A DNA stretch of 64,000 bases, from NCBI GenBank assembly GCA_036397815.1, contig DASWIE010000083.1, positions 20,067 through 84,066 of the forward strand, given 5' to 3'. The notes beneath the pieces are model-generated. The model was given only the letters and a program-made list of their open reading frames with translations. It had not been told where the DNA came from and made no database searches. The DNA comes from Candidatus Limnocylindria bacterium. Lineage in GTDB: Bacteria; Chloroflexota; Limnocylindria; QHBO01. The number at the start of each line of letters is the position of its first letter. Position 1 is the first letter of the stretch. The position numbers and the translations under genes were made by a program. Positions 29,543 to 41,075 of the stretch are shown one piece after another.

Positions 29543-30012
29543 GCGAGCCGGTGGAACGCCCCGACCTTCGCCCACCCAGACACTGCTACAAATGTGGCCG
29601 CGAGATCGGCCCCGACGAGTCGATCTGCGAGGTCTGCAACCGAGCCGGAATGGCCACGCCATCGGCATCCCAGTACCACGGCACCATCGTGCTGGCGATC
29701 ATCGCCGGCGTCGCCGGCCTCGCGATCTGGGGGAGTCTGGCGATGCGCGGCGTCGGTCCGTACGCGGCCAGCGTGCAGGCGATCGTGCCCGACGCTCCCG
29801 ACGGCGCGATTATCAGCTTCGTCGTCCACAACGAGGGCACCTCGCGCGGCTTCGCGAAGTGCCAGCTGCAGGCGCAGGACGCAAGCGGGCGGGTGCTGCG
29901 ATCGCGCTCGGTCATCGCCGGTCCGCTGGAGGGTGGCGCGTCGGGGACCTTCTCCGAGCGGATCCCCGGCCTGCCGGCCCCGCCGGCATCGGTCAGGATC
30001 ACCTGCTCCTAG
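29539..30012 (+). CDS. zinc-ribbon + single-TM hypothetical protein
   Basis: GTG 29539 overlaps the DUF1684 stop. CYKCG..x9..CEVCN zinc ribbon, then the TM helix [20 protein letters not shown] and an extracytoplasmic beta-rich domain. Confidence 0.5.
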   Translation: MSEPVERPDLRPPRHCYKCGREIGPDESICEVCNRAGMATPSASQYHGTIVLAIIAGVAGLAIWGSLAMRGVGPYAASVQAIVPDAPDGAIISFVVHNEGTSRGFAKCQLQAQDASGRVLRSRSVIAGPLEGGASGTFSERIPGLPAPPASVRITCS

Positions 30013-30521
30013 CCGGCATCCGCCTCCCGATGGATGCGGGCCAGCCCAGCGTCGTCGAGCACGACGCGGACCGTGATCAGGCCGCGCGATAACGGCTGAT
30101 CGCTCACCGCCGCCCAGGCCGCGTGCGAGAGGTCGACCACGCGCTGGTCGGCGGACCCCCAGTAGCAGTCGCACCAGTCGACGACCGGCAAGCGGACGCA
30201 GCGATCCGCGCAGATCGTGACGTGGCCGACGACCTCGCCGGTGTAGCGCCCGCCCAGCGCGCCAGGCAGCGCGACCACGGGGTCGCCCTCATAGCCGGCA
30301 GTGCCCGGATAGTTGCTGGCCGCGCCGGAGACGACCGGCGGCGCCCCCGGCTCGGGATCGGTGGACACGGCCAGGGGTTCTGCCAGTCGTTCGTCATGCG
30401 CGCGAATTGCGGCTCCGCCCGTCGAGCCGGCGGATCCGAAGGATGGTGTGGCGGCATGGGCGGCGAGCGCCATGGCTACAAGTATCACGGCGCACAGCGC
30501 CGCGAAGCGTCGATCGAACAA
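30009..30521 (-). CDS. secreted DPBB-fold (RlpA/expansin-like) protein, tentative
   Basis: Last 170 codons of ORF 30009..32126. TTG start at 30519-30521, 8 nt after GGAG. Signal peptide [23 protein letters not shown]. Body [29 protein letters not shown] resembles the RlpA double-psi barrel. Confidence 0.4.
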   Translation of the reverse strand: MFDRRFAALCAVILVAMALAAHAATPSFGSAGSTGGAAIRAHDERLAEPLAVSTDPEPGAPPVVSGAASNYPGTAGYEGDPVVALPGALGGRYTGEVVGHVTICADRCVRLPVVDWCDCYWGSADQRVVDLSHAAWAAVSDQPLSRGLITVRVVLDDAGLARIHREADAG

Positions 30522-30704
30522 TGAGTCGCTCCGTGCGAGTTCAGCCGGACGAGGCTTGGGTCGCCGGAGGGCGGGACCCGAGTGACCGATGCGGTGGCGC
30601 GACGCCAGTGGGCGAGCGCCGCCTCGTCCGATCCGAGGGAATTCGGAGCAGAAAGCATGCCAGCCGGTCGCGGCATGGTCAAACCGCCCGCTATCCTGCG
30701 CACC

Positions 30705-32426
30705 ATGCGGAGATGGCTCGGAGCGGGCGTGTGGGTGGCGATCCTCGTGATCGCCGTGTTCGTGGTGCCGACCGTGTTGCAGGCACTCGGCACAGGCGGC
30801 ACAAGCTTCCAGGACCCGATCGACGGGCAAGCCGTCTACGACCCGGCGGAAGCGCTGGCGCCGGGTATCGAGGAGGCGCTGGAAGCGCGGATCGACGCGA
30901 TCGAGGCCCGTTCCGGTGCCGAGATCGTGCTGTACGTGCGCATGGATCCCGCCGCCACCGATGACTCCAACCTGGCCGATGCCCGCGGCCTGATCGACCA
31001 GTGGGGCATCGGTCGTGAAGGCTTCGACGACGGCTTCGTGCTCCTGCTGAGCTTCGACGACCAGTCCTTCCAACACGGCGTGGTGAGCACATTCGCCGGA
31101 GGCGGGTTCCACGCCGCCTACCTCGGGGATGGCGACCAGGCCGTCCTGCGCGATGAGGTCCTGATCCCCGCCATCCGGCAGGGCGCGCTTGACGGCGGCC
31201 TCATTGCCGCCGTCGACGCGGTGGGCACCGCGATCACGCCGGCGGCCACCGGCCGCCTGGAGACGATGCGGGTCATCAATGCCATGGTCGGGCTGCCCGG
31301 CGGGATCCTGGCACTGCTCGTCACGCTCGGCCTGTCGTACACGGCCTGGCGCCGGTACGGCGACGATCCGGAGCTGACCGATTCGCCCTCGATCCTGATG
31401 GCCGGGCCGCCGGCTGGGATGACACCGCCGCTGGCGACGGTGATCCGTGACGGCCGCGCATCGCAGCACAGCATCAACACCACGCTGGTCGAGCTGGCGA
31501 GCACCGGCCGGATCGCCTTCCGCAACCTCGACCGGGTCGGCAAGGTGAAGAGCGACGACGAGCCGGATCCGCTCACCGATCCCGCCATCGACGTCTCCAG
31601 GCCGCCCACCGACGCACGTCCGCTCGCCGCGCCGCAGGCCGAGGCCTATGACACCATCGCCGCCACGGCGATCGGCGGCATCCTCGATCGGGAGCGCCTG
31701 TGGGGCCTCAACGATGAGCTGGCGCCGGTCAAGGGCAGCCTCGAGACCGAGGCGGTCCAGCTCGGCTGGTTGGCCCGCCGCCCGATGGCGCTCATCACTC
31801 GCTGGGTGGTGATCGGGGTCGTCGAGCTGCTGGCCGCGGCCGGCCTGGTCTTCCTCGGCTACACGATCCCGATGAGCGGCCTGACCCTGCTCGGGGCGGC
31901 GCTCGGCATCGGTGGCATCGGCACCGTCGCCCTCGGCATGGCCATGTCGCAGCGCACGCCGCAGGGCGCGTACGTGGACGCAATGCTGAAAGCCTACCGC
32001 CGCACGCTCGAGAAGACCCTGGACCAAGCCCGCAACATGAACGAGGTCGCCGCCGAACCGACCGTCCGCGTCCTGGCCGACTCGCCCGACAAGGCGGTCG
32101 TGTGGGGCATCGCGTTGGGCCTCCATCGGCAGGTCGCCGAGGTCCTGCGCCGCGGGCTGGAGGACCTGCGTCCCGGGGAGCGCGCCGACGGCGCCTACTA
32201 CCCGATCTGGCTCGGCTCGTCGCCCGGCTCGTCATCCGGTTTCGCCGGCGGGGCGGTGGGCTCGGCCGATGGCGCGGGGCTCTTCTCCGGATCCGGGACG
32301 CCGGACGTGGGTGGCATGTTCAGCTCGCTCGGCAGCCTCGGCTCGTCGCCGCCGTCGTCCTCCAGCGGCGGAGGTTTCGGTGGTGGCGGCAGCTCCGGTG
32401 GGGGCGGCGGCAGCAGCTCGTTCTAG
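30705..32426 (+). CDS. TPM-domain + DUF2207-type membrane protein with Gly/Ser-rich tail
   Basis: Start [19 protein letters not shown] (ATG 30705). TPM/phosphatase-like N-domain ([15 protein letters not shown]), several TM helices, C-terminal [19 protein letters not shown] typical of DUF2207 proteins. Confidence 0.65.
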   Translation: MRRWLGAGVWVAILVIAVFVVPTVLQALGTGGTSFQDPIDGQAVYDPAEALAPGIEEALEARIDAIEARSGAEIVLYVRMDPAATDDSNLADARGLIDQWGIGREGFDDGFVLLLSFDDQSFQHGVVSTFAGGGFHAAYLGDGDQAVLRDEVLIPAIRQGALDGGLIAAVDAVGTAITPAATGRLETMRVINAMVGLPGGILALLVTLGLSYTAWRRYGDDPELTDSPSILMAGPPAGMTPPLATVIRDGRASQHSINTTLVELASTGRIAFRNLDRVGKVKSDDEPDPLTDPAIDVSRPPTDARPLAAPQAEAYDTIAATAIGGILDRERLWGLNDELAPVKGSLETEAVQLGWLARRPMALITRWVVIGVVELLAAAGLVFLGYTIPMSGLTLLGAALGIGGIGTVALGMAMSQRTPQGAYVDAMLKAYRRTLEKTLDQARNMNEVAAEPTVRVLADSPDKAVVWGIALGLHRQVAEVLRRGLEDLRPGERADGAYYPIWLGSSPGSSSGFAGGAVGSADGAGLFSGSGTPDVGGMFSSLGSLGSSPPSSSSGGGFGGGGSSGGGGGSSSF

Positions 32427-32492
32427 CCCGGCGCCTGGCGCTCCCGGGCTCCGTCTGGCGCTGCGCGTGCGGACCGACTATCGTTCGAACCG

Positions 32493-33287
32493 ATGTCCTA
32501 CGATCGACGACCTGACCGACGCCCCGGTGGCGGCCGCCCTTCCGGCCGTCCCGACCGCCCGGATCGACCCCGGCCCGGTGGGCCGCCCCGTGATCGAGGC
32601 GACTATGGCCGCCCTCCGCCACGGCCGGGCGGCTACGCGGATCGCGGTCCACGGGACCGTGGCTTCGGCCCGTCCCCCGATCGCCCACCTCGCCCGGGCG
32701 GCTTCGTGCCGCGCGGGCCCGACGACGGCGGCATGTCGATTCGGCTCGACCCCCGGCGACTGGCCGCCCTCAAGCTGCTCGCCGCCGAGGCGGGCGTTCG
32801 GCCAGGCGAGCTGGTCACCCATTGGGTCGAGGAGCGCCTCGACGCCGCTCGCGCCGGTGGCGCCCCAGCTGCTCCGGCGGCCGCGTCGCAGGCGATGGCA
32901 CAGCTGTCGGCCCGCATCGACGAGCTCGTGCGCAGGGTCGACGCCATGGCCGCCAGCACGGCCGCCGGCGCGCCGTTGAACGAGGCGGCGGCCCCAGCAG
33001 CCCCGCCTCGGCGTCGCGGGCGCCCTCCGAAGGCGAGGCCCACCGCCGCCACACCGCGGGCACGCAAGGTCGCGCTCCACGACGAGATCGTGGCGGTCAT
33101 CTCCGAGCGCGGGCCGTTGACCGCCGCCGAGCTGGCCAGCGCCATCGTCGAGCGCGGCCGCTACGCGCCGCCCCGCTCGGGCAAGCCGCTCGACGCCGCG
33201 ACCGTCAACGGCCGCGTCTCGAACCCGACTTATCGCTCCCGCTTCTCACGCAGCGAGGGGCGGATCGGGCTGGCAGCCAGCAGCTAG
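32493..33287 (+). CDS. hypothetical DNA-binding protein (disordered RPG-rich N-terminus, RHH-like segment, AT-hook, C-terminal winged helix)
   Basis: 264 aa. DRPxRPGG-type low-complexity first 80 aa. MSIRLDPRRLAALKLLAAEAG is RHH-like. RRRGRPPKA is an AT-hook. The C-terminus LHDEIVAVISERGPLTAAELASAI is wHTH-like. Confidence 0.5.
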   Translation: MSYDRRPDRRPGGGRPSGRPDRPDRPRPGGPPRDRGDYGRPPPRPGGYADRGPRDRGFGPSPDRPPRPGGFVPRGPDDGGMSIRLDPRRLAALKLLAAEAGVRPGELVTHWVEERLDAARAGGAPAAPAAASQAMAQLSARIDELVRRVDAMAASTAAGAPLNEAAAPAAPPRRRGRPPKARPTAATPRARKVALHDEIVAVISERGPLTAAELASAIVERGRYAPPRSGKPLDAATVNGRVSNPTYRSRFSRSEGRIGLAASS

Positions 33288-33288
33288 G

Positions 33289-34191
33289 GTGCCGTTGGCG
33301 ATCGGGCCGGCGGGGGTCTGGTCGAGCTTCGACCGCCTTGCGGCCGCCCAGGTGATCGCCTTCGCTCGGGCCGCCGAGGCGCACGGCTACGACCGCCTCT
33401 GGACCCAGGAGACCGCGGGCCGCGACCCATTCGCGCTGCTTGGCCACCTCGCCGCGCTCACGACGCGCATCGGCCTGGGAGTCGGGATCGCCGTGATCTA
33501 CGGGCGCGACGCGGTCGCCATGCGCGGCGGCGCGTCGACCGTCCACGAGCTCTCCGGCGGCCGGATGGTGCTGGGGCTGGGAGCCAGCCACCGCGACACC
33601 GTGAGCGAGGTGCGCGGGCACGCGTATCGCGGCCCGCTGAGCGCGATGCGCGACTACCTGGGGGCCTACGAGGCCGCCGAGCACCGTGGGCCGACCCCAC
33701 ATGGCGATCCGCCGGTCGTCCTGGCGGCTCTGCGACGCCGGATGCTGGAGCTCGCCGCGACCCGCGCGGACGGTGCCTTCCCCTACCTGGTCCCCGTCTC
33801 CTACGTCGGCGGGGCGCGGCGAATCCTGGATGCCGCGGCGACCGCCGCCGGACGCCCCGGACCGGTGCTCATCGTCAGCCAGGCCTGCCTGCTGGAGACC
33901 GATCCGTCCGCCGCGCGGCGCGCGGCGCATCGGTACCTGGACCGCTACCTTAGCCTGCCCAATTACCTCGCCAACCTGCGCGAGTGTGGCTACCGCGACG
34001 CCGAGCTGGCGAGGCCCGGCGCCGATCGCGTGGTCGATGAGCTCGTGGCGTGGGGAGACGCCGCGACGCTGCGCGGACGCCTCCGGGCGATGCTCGACGC
34101 GGGCGCCGACCACGTGGCGATGATCCCCCTCACCCGCGAGGGGCTGCACGCCGATCAGGCCACCATGGAGGCTTTGGCGCCACCCTGGTAG
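33289..34191 (+). CDS. LLM-class (luciferase-like) F420/flavin-dependent oxidoreductase
   Basis: 300 aa, TIM-barrel LLM features (YDRLWTQE, LGLGASH). GTG start 2 nt after the upstream stop. Confidence 0.8.
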   Translation: MPLAIGPAGVWSSFDRLAAAQVIAFARAAEAHGYDRLWTQETAGRDPFALLGHLAALTTRIGLGVGIAVIYGRDAVAMRGGASTVHELSGGRMVLGLGASHRDTVSEVRGHAYRGPLSAMRDYLGAYEAAEHRGPTPHGDPPVVLAALRRRMLELAATRADGAFPYLVPVSYVGGARRILDAAATAAGRPGPVLIVSQACLLETDPSAARRAAHRYLDRYLSLPNYLANLRECGYRDAELARPGADRVVDELVAWGDAATLRGRLRAMLDAGADHVAMIPLTREGLHADQATMEALAPPW

Positions 34192-34221
34192 CGGCCTGGA
34201 ACGGCCTCGTCCCGGCCCGGT

Positions 34222-34425
34222 TCAGCCCTCCAGGACGAAGGTGACCAGGATGTTGGCCTGGAACTCGATCGCGCCGCCGGCGCCGACCTCGACCCGCAGC
34301 TCCTTGACCCAGGCGCCCTTTACGCCGCGCAGCGTCTTGGTGGCTCGCGTGATCCCCTGCCGGATCGCGTCCTCGAACGAGTCATTGGACTTGCAGCTCA
34401 GCTCGGTGACCTTGGCGACGGACAT
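34222..34425 (-). CDS. dodecin family flavin-binding protein
   Basis: 67 aa starting MSVAKV (ATG 34423-34425, preceded by AAGAAGGAG). Dodecin pattern S..SFEDAI..GI.RA.KTLRGV.GAWV. Confidence 0.8.
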   Translation of the reverse strand: MSVAKVTELSCKSNDSFEDAIRQGITRATKTLRGVKGAWVKELRVEVGAGGAIEFQANILVTFVLEG

Positions 34426-34473
34426 GACGGGCTCCTTCTTCCGGTTTGGCACTTTCCATTGGACCGATGCGCC

Positions 34474-35508
34474 CTACTCATTCTCATGGGCGCGCGCCCA
34501 GGCAAGGAGAGCATCCGCATCGAGCGTGTTGACGACCATCTTCGCCTGCACGCCGCATGCCGCGGCGCGGTCGCAGCCGTAGGGCTGCCAGGCCAGCTGT
34601 CCGGGGGCATGAGCATCGGAGTCGATCGCCACCCGGCAGCCGCCCTCCACCGCCAGCCGCAGCAGCCGCTTGGGCGGATCGAGCCGCTCCGGGCGGGCGT
34701 TGACCTCGATCGCCTTGTCGAAGCGGGCGGCGGCGGCGAATACGATCTCGGCGTCGAAAGCCGACGGCGGGCGGTTTCGCTTCCCGGTCACCATCCGCCC
34801 GGTGCAGTGACCCAGGATGTCCAGGTGCGGGTCCGCCAGGGCGGTGACCAGGCGGCGGGTCATCAGCCGCTCGGCCATGCGCAGCTCGGAGTGCACGCTG
34901 CCGACCACGACGTCCAGCCGCGAGAGGATATCCGGCGTCTGGTCGAGGGAGCCATCGGCCAGGATGTCGACCTCGATGCCGGTCAGGATCCGAAACGGCG
35001 CCAGCTCCGCGTTTAGCTCCGCCACCTCCGCCAGCTGGACCTCCAGCCGCTCGCTGGTCAGCCCATTGGCCACCGTCAGGCTGGGCGAGTGGTCGGTGAG
35101 CACGATGTACTCATGCTCCAGCTCCCGCGCCGACTCGGCCATCTCGCGGATCGGCGAGCCACCGTCGGACCATTCCGAGTGGACGTGGCAGTCACCACGC
35201 AGCGCCTCGCACAGCTCGGCGCCGAGCTCGGCCACCATCCGGCCACCGGTCGCCTCCAGGCGGCGCAGGTAGACCGGCTCCTCGCCGCGCAGCGACTCGG
35301 CGATCGTGCGCTCCAGCACCTCGCCGACCCCGCCCAGCTCGCGCAGCGTGCCGAGGCGGACGCGCTCTGCCGCCTCGCCCGGCTCCAGCTCCTGCAGCGT
35401 GGCCGCCGCCCGACGGAAGGCACGCACCCGATACGACGGCTCGTTTGCCCGCTCGAGCAGGAACGCGATGCGGCGCAGGTCAACGACCGGGTCGCGTGGC
35501 TCAGGCAC
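34474..35508 (-). CDS. PolX-derived protein: HhH (8-kDa-like) domain + PHP phosphoesterase domain, no polymerase core
   Basis: The N-terminal YRVRAFRRAA..LRELGGVGEVL helix-hairpin-helix region runs directly into PHP motifs GDCHVHSEWSDG, LTDHS and DSDAH. 344 aa. Confidence 0.75.
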   Translation of the reverse strand: MPEPRDPVVDLRRIAFLLERANEPSYRVRAFRRAAATLQELEPGEAAERVRLGTLRELGGVGEVLERTIAESLRGEEPVYLRRLEATGGRMVAELGAELCEALRGDCHVHSEWSDGGSPIREMAESARELEHEYIVLTDHSPSLTVANGLTSERLEVQLAEVAELNAELAPFRILTGIEVDILADGSLDQTPDILSRLDVVVGSVHSELRMAERLMTRRLVTALADPHLDILGHCTGRMVTGKRNRPPSAFDAEIVFAAAARFDKAIEVNARPERLDPPKRLLRLAVEGGCRVAIDSDAHAPGQLAWQPYGCDRAAACGVQAKMVVNTLDADALLAWARAHENE

Positions 35509-35650
35509 CTAGTCCCACCGTTATCGCTCGTGGCGATCTATGGACGCCTGAGTGGCTGCGCAGGCATCCGATGATCGCCGCCGCCAATCAGGCGACGCCT
35601 GCCGGCGCCCATCGGTGCGCATTGATCGGCCTCAGCGATATTCACGAGCG

Positions 35651-36589
35651 CTACGGGATGGTGAGGATGCGGCGCGGGTTGTCGGTCGTCATCTGAGCGA
35701 TCTCGCCCTCGCCGACGGCGGCGGTCCGCAGCGTCGGCAGGAAGTGCTGCTGCAGGTACGTGTAGCCGAAGCCGCCGTTCACCTTCAGCTGGCTGTTGTG
35801 AGCGACGTTCTGGCTGAGCAGCAGCTGCGACCCGTAGCCGCGCTCCAGCAGCTCCACGATGAGCTCCACCAGCCTGGGCTCGGCAGACTCCTCGATTCCG
35901 AACCTATTGCCCAACAAGTCGAACTGCAGGTTCGCGCCGCGCTCCAGGATGGCCAGGTAGTGGTCGAGGACGGGGTATGAGTCAGCATGACCGATGACCA
36001 CGCGGCCCGGGTCGACCCCCTCCTCCTCGAAGATGCGCAGCTGCGCCAGCCCGACCGCCGAGGCGATGCCGTGGGTGCTGACCGCCAGGCCGGTGGCACG
36101 CGCCGCGCGCGCAGCCGCCCGATGGGCGCGCTCCTCGAGCGCGCTGACCCAGGCCTTGTCGGTCCCGATCTCGCCGATGATCCCGGGCCGCACCCCCGTC
36201 CCGCCGACCCCGTCGCGCAGCTCGGCGATCAGCTCGTCCGCCAGCTCGTCGACGCTCCGTCGATCGACCAGCGCCTCGGGCGGGTAGTAGGCGCCGCGGT
36301 ACCAGCCGCAACCCATCACGATCTGCACGCCGGTCCGGCTGGCGAGCCGGCGCAGCCGCTCGGGATCGCGACCGATGCCGGGAAGGGTGAGATCGACGAG
36401 GGTCGAGCCGCCGCGACGGCGAAAGTCACGCAGCTCGTCGGCGGCGGTGAGCTCGTCGGGTGTGAGCTCCCAGTAGTCCTCTCGGCCCGGGATGTGCCAG
36501 AGATGGAGCTGGGTGTGCTCGTGTGGGAGCGTGAAGCCGACCCGCTCGGGAGGGATCGGGCCACTGACGGTCATGACGCGGGGGGCCAT
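35651..36589 (-). CDS. phosphotriesterase-related (PTER/aryldialkylphosphatase family) amidohydrolase
   Basis: GFTLPHEH metal-binding motif, TIM-barrel hydrolase pattern (VSTHG, IGHAD). GGAGG lies 5 nt before the ATG. Confidence 0.85.
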   Translation of the reverse strand: MAPRVMTVSGPIPPERVGFTLPHEHTQLHLWHIPGREDYWELTPDELTAADELRDFRRRGGSTLVDLTLPGIGRDPERLRRLASRTGVQIVMGCGWYRGAYYPPEALVDRRSVDELADELIAELRDGVGGTGVRPGIIGEIGTDKAWVSALEERAHRAAARAARATGLAVSTHGIASAVGLAQLRIFEEEGVDPGRVVIGHADSYPVLDHYLAILERGANLQFDLLGNRFGIEESAEPRLVELIVELLERGYGSQLLLSQNVAHNSQLKVNGGFGYTYLQQHFLPTLRTAAVGEGEIAQMTTDNPRRILTIP

Positions 36590-36736
36590 GGCTGCCTCCG
36601 GTGTTCAGTTGGACGTCGGTCGGACGCAGCGTGCCGCCGGCGTGCTCAGGTTGAGTGGACCAGCGGAGTGTGCCACCCGGCTGGCGCATCGGTCCAGCCT
36701 CCTTGGCTTGACGGGATTCGCTAGCCTGTCGGGTGC

Positions 36737-38008
<1,272 letters not shown>

Positions 38009-38224
38009 GGATCGCCCCCGACCTCCAGGAATCCGGACTGTGATCGCTCAGTGTTCCTATCGGCCAAGAAGGGACCGATATTTGGCCGCTGGGATCAGGA
38101 CGCGATCCTCGCAGCCAATATGGCGTCCGGATGGGGCCAAACCTGGCCGATATGAACGCCACGTGATCCCGCGGGCGATCCGGCGGCTTGCGGCGGCATC
38201 GGTCCAACCCCCAACATTGCGCGC

Positions 38225-39973
38225 GTGACCGATGAGAAACAGCGCTGGGCCGAGCACCAGCGCCGATGGGAAGAGGAACGCCTGAAGCCGGCGCTCGAGC
38301 GCGGCGTCGAGCGGAAGCCGCGCTTCATCACGCAGTCGGGCGTCGAGATCGATCGCCTCTACACCCCCGCCGACCTGGCGAACCCGGCCAACGATCCGGA
38401 CCGCGACCGGCCGCGCTATCGGTTCAGCACGGGCGACGAGCCAACGCCGGGTTGGGACGAGATCGACGACCTGGGCCTGCCCGGTGAGCCGCCCTTCACC
38501 CGCGGCATCCACCCCACCGGCTTTCGGGGACGCCTGTGGACGATGCGCATGTTCGCCGGCTTCGGCACCGCCGAGGACACGAACGATCGCTTCAAGAAGC
38601 TGATCGCGGCCGGCGGCACGGGGCTGAGCATCGCGTACGACATGCCGACCCTGTACGGCTACGACCACGACGAGCCGCTGGCGGCCGGCGAGTTCGGCAC
38701 CTGCGGCGTCGCGGTCAGCAGCCTGGCCGACATGGAGATCCTGCTCGACGGGCTGCCCGTCGGCGAGATCTCGACCTCGATGACGATCAACTCGCCGGCG
38801 CCGATGATCTGGGCCATGTACTTCGTGGCCGCCGAGAAGATGGGCGTGCCGCGCGCCGAGCTGTCCGGGACGTTGCAGAACGACATCCTCAAGGAGTTCA
38901 TCGCCCAGAAGGAGTACATCTTCCCGCCCGGCCCCTCGCTGAAGCTGGTGACCGATACGGTCGAGTTCGGCACCCGCGAGATGCCGCGCTGGAACACGAT
39001 CTCGATCTCCGGCTATCACATCCGCGAGGCGGGCTCGACCGCCGTCCAGGAGCTGGCCTTCACCATCGCCGATGGGATTGCGTACGTGGAGGACGCCGTG
39101 GCCCGCGGCCTGCGCTTCGACGACTTCGCGCCGCGCCTCTCCTTCTTCTTCAACAGCCATAACGACTTCTTCGAGGAGATCGCCAAGTTCCGCGCCGCGC
39201 GGCGGATCTGGTACAAGCTCGCGCGCGAGCGGTTCGGGGCAGAGAACGAGCGCAGCACCTGGATGCGCTTCCATACCCAGACCGCCGGCGTTTCGCTCAC
39301 CGCGCAGCAACCGTTGAACAACCTGACGCGGGTCACAATCCAGGCGCTGGCCGGCGTGCTTGGAGGGACCCAGAGCCTTCATACCGATGCGTACGACGAG
39401 GCGTGGGCTGTCCCCAGCGAAGAGGCCGCCCTGCTCGCCCTGCGCCAGCAGCAGATCCTGGCCGAGGAGTCGGGCGTGGCCAACACGGTCGACCCGCTGG
39501 GCGGCAGCTACTTCGTCGAGACGCTCACCAACCGCACCGAGCGGGGCGCCTGGGACTACCTGCGCCGGATCGACGAGATGGGCGGCATGGTGCGCGCCAT
39601 CGAGGCCGGCTTCCCGCAGGCGGAGATCGCCGACGCCGCCTACGAGCAGTCGCGCGAGCTGGAGGCTCACGAGCGAGACCTGGTCGGCGTGACCCGCTTC
39701 GCCGACCCGAACGAGGAGCTGCGCATCCCGCTGCTCGAAATCAGCCCCGAGCAGGAGCGTCGGCATCTCGATCGCCTGGTCCGCGTGCGCGCCGAGCGAG
39801 ACGCGCACTCGCACGCCCGCGCGATGAGCCGGCTCAGCGACGAGGCGAAGCGCGGGGACTTCAACCTCATGCCGGCCATCGTGGAGGCCGTCCAGGCCTA
39901 CGCCACGATCGGCGAGATGTGCAACGCCCTGCGCGCGGTCTACGGAGAGTACCGGGAGCCGCTGGCCGTCTGA
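38225..39973 (+). CDS. methylmalonyl-CoA mutase, catalytic (N-terminal domain) large subunit
   Basis: 582 aa, with MCM motifs [36 protein letters not shown] and [20 protein letters not shown]. No B12-binding domain is present. Confidence 0.9.
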   Translation: MTDEKQRWAEHQRRWEEERLKPALERGVERKPRFITQSGVEIDRLYTPADLANPANDPDRDRPRYRFSTGDEPTPGWDEIDDLGLPGEPPFTRGIHPTGFRGRLWTMRMFAGFGTAEDTNDRFKKLIAAGGTGLSIAYDMPTLYGYDHDEPLAAGEFGTCGVAVSSLADMEILLDGLPVGEISTSMTINSPAPMIWAMYFVAAEKMGVPRAELSGTLQNDILKEFIAQKEYIFPPGPSLKLVTDTVEFGTREMPRWNTISISGYHIREAGSTAVQELAFTIADGIAYVEDAVARGLRFDDFAPRLSFFFNSHNDFFEEIAKFRAARRIWYKLARERFGAENERSTWMRFHTQTAGVSLTAQQPLNNLTRVTIQALAGVLGGTQSLHTDAYDEAWAVPSEEAALLALRQQQILAEESGVANTVDPLGGSYFVETLTNRTERGAWDYLRRIDEMGGMVRAIEAGFPQAEIADAAYEQSRELEAHERDLVGVTRFADPNEELRIPLLEISPEQERRHLDRLVRVRAERDAHSHARAMSRLSDEAKRGDFNLMPAIVEAVQAYATIGEMCNALRAVYGEYREPLAV

Positions 39974-40139
39974 CGCGAGGTCGCGGCGCGGATTCCGGCA
40001 CACGCCGAGGTGTCCGGTGTCGCATAGCACGCGCCCGCGCCGCTCCCCCGCTGATTCAACAGCCTGCCACGGCACCGCTTACCAGCCGCTTATCGCCCCG
40101 CCCATCGCCGCAGGAGCCGTGTGGCTATGCTCGATGTGT

Positions 40140-41012
40140 ATGAAGCTCCACCTCGTGGACGCCACCTTCGAGCTGTTCCGCGCCTTCTTCTCGCACCCCG
40201 CCGAGGTAGCGCCCGACGGGCGGCCGGTGAACGCGGTACACGGCCTCGTCGACTCGATGCTGTCGCTGCTGCGCGAGCCGGACGTGACCCACATCGCCGC
40301 CGCCACCGACCACGTCATCGAGTCGTGGCGCAACGACGTGTTCGCCGGCTACAAAAGCAGCGCCGGGATGCCGCCGGAGCTCCTCTCCCAGTTCGGCGAC
40401 GCGGAGCGCGCGCTGCGCGCGCTCGGGATTGTCACCTGGCCGATGGTCGAGGACGAGGCCGACGACGCGCTGGCGACGGCCGTCGCCCGCTTCGGGGACG
40501 ATCCGCGGGTCGAGCAGGTGATCGTGTGCAGCGTCGACAAGGACCTGGCCCAGTGCGTCCGCGGCCAGCACGTCGTCCTACGAGACCGGATGCGGCGCAT
40601 CACCTACGACCAGGACGGCGTGCGCGCCAAGTTCGGCGTGGCGCCGGCCAGCATCCCGGACTACCTGGCGCTGGTCGGCGACTCGTCTGACGGCTATCCC
40701 GGCCTTCCCGGCTGGGGGGCGAAAAGCGCGGCAGCGATCCTAGCGCGCTGGGGCACCCTCGAGGCAATTCCCGACTCGGCCCTTGACTGGGACGTGCCGC
40801 TCCGCAACGCGAGCCGCCTGGCCGCCACCCTCCAGCAGCAGCGCGAAGACGCGATCCTCTACCGGCACCTGGCCCGGCTCAAGACCGATTCCGCCATCAC
40901 CGACGACCTGGACGCGCTCGAATGGCGCGGCGTCCCGCGCGAGACCTTCCTCTCCCTCTGCGACGAGCTCGGGTTCGACACGATTCGGCAACGGGTCCAC
41001 CGCTGGACCTGA
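40140..41012 (+). CDS. 5'-3' exonuclease (stand-alone FEN / Pol I N-terminal domain-like)
   Basis: LHLVDATFELFRAFF, EDEADDALAT, SVDKDLAQ and H3TH motif LVGDSSDGYPGLPGWGAKSA. ATG 40140 is 8 nt after a TATGCT box. ATG 40134 is an alternative. Confidence 0.8.
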   Translation: MKLHLVDATFELFRAFFSHPAEVAPDGRPVNAVHGLVDSMLSLLREPDVTHIAAATDHVIESWRNDVFAGYKSSAGMPPELLSQFGDAERALRALGIVTWPMVEDEADDALATAVARFGDDPRVEQVIVCSVDKDLAQCVRGQHVVLRDRMRRITYDQDGVRAKFGVAPASIPDYLALVGDSSDGYPGLPGWGAKSAAAILARWGTLEAIPDSALDWDVPLRNASRLAATLQQQREDAILYRHLARLKTDSAITDDLDALEWRGVPRETFLSLCDELGFDTIRQRVHRWT

Positions 41013-41075
41013 GCTCACGCGGGTGGCCGTTGGCTCCATCGGTCTAGGACCATCGGTCGGTTCTGGTGCGGTCCG

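Noticed and set aside
10943-36730. Short GATTC-containing words upstream of several genes (10948, 21183, 36715, 48457) as a shared regulatory motif
   Set aside because: The common core is only about 5-7 nt, spacing and orientation relative to the genes differ, and chance occurrence in AT-richer intergenic DNA is plausible. Only the long matches between 7638-7840 and 48448-48650 are statistically convincing by eye.
38009-38224. Possible cobalamin riboswitch upstream of the MCM large subunit
   Set aside because: I could not find a B12-box-like core or the expected multi-stem architecture, only three short GGCC hairpins. B12 riboswitches normally control transport or biosynthesis genes, not MCM. 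An Infernal scan would settle it.
38057-40075. 672-aa minus-strand ORF opposite the MCM large subunit, with similar cases at 60565..62394, 25135..26343 and 12176..13240
   Set aside because: Same reasoning: each is antisense to a strongly supported CDS, has junk composition and has no start-site signals.
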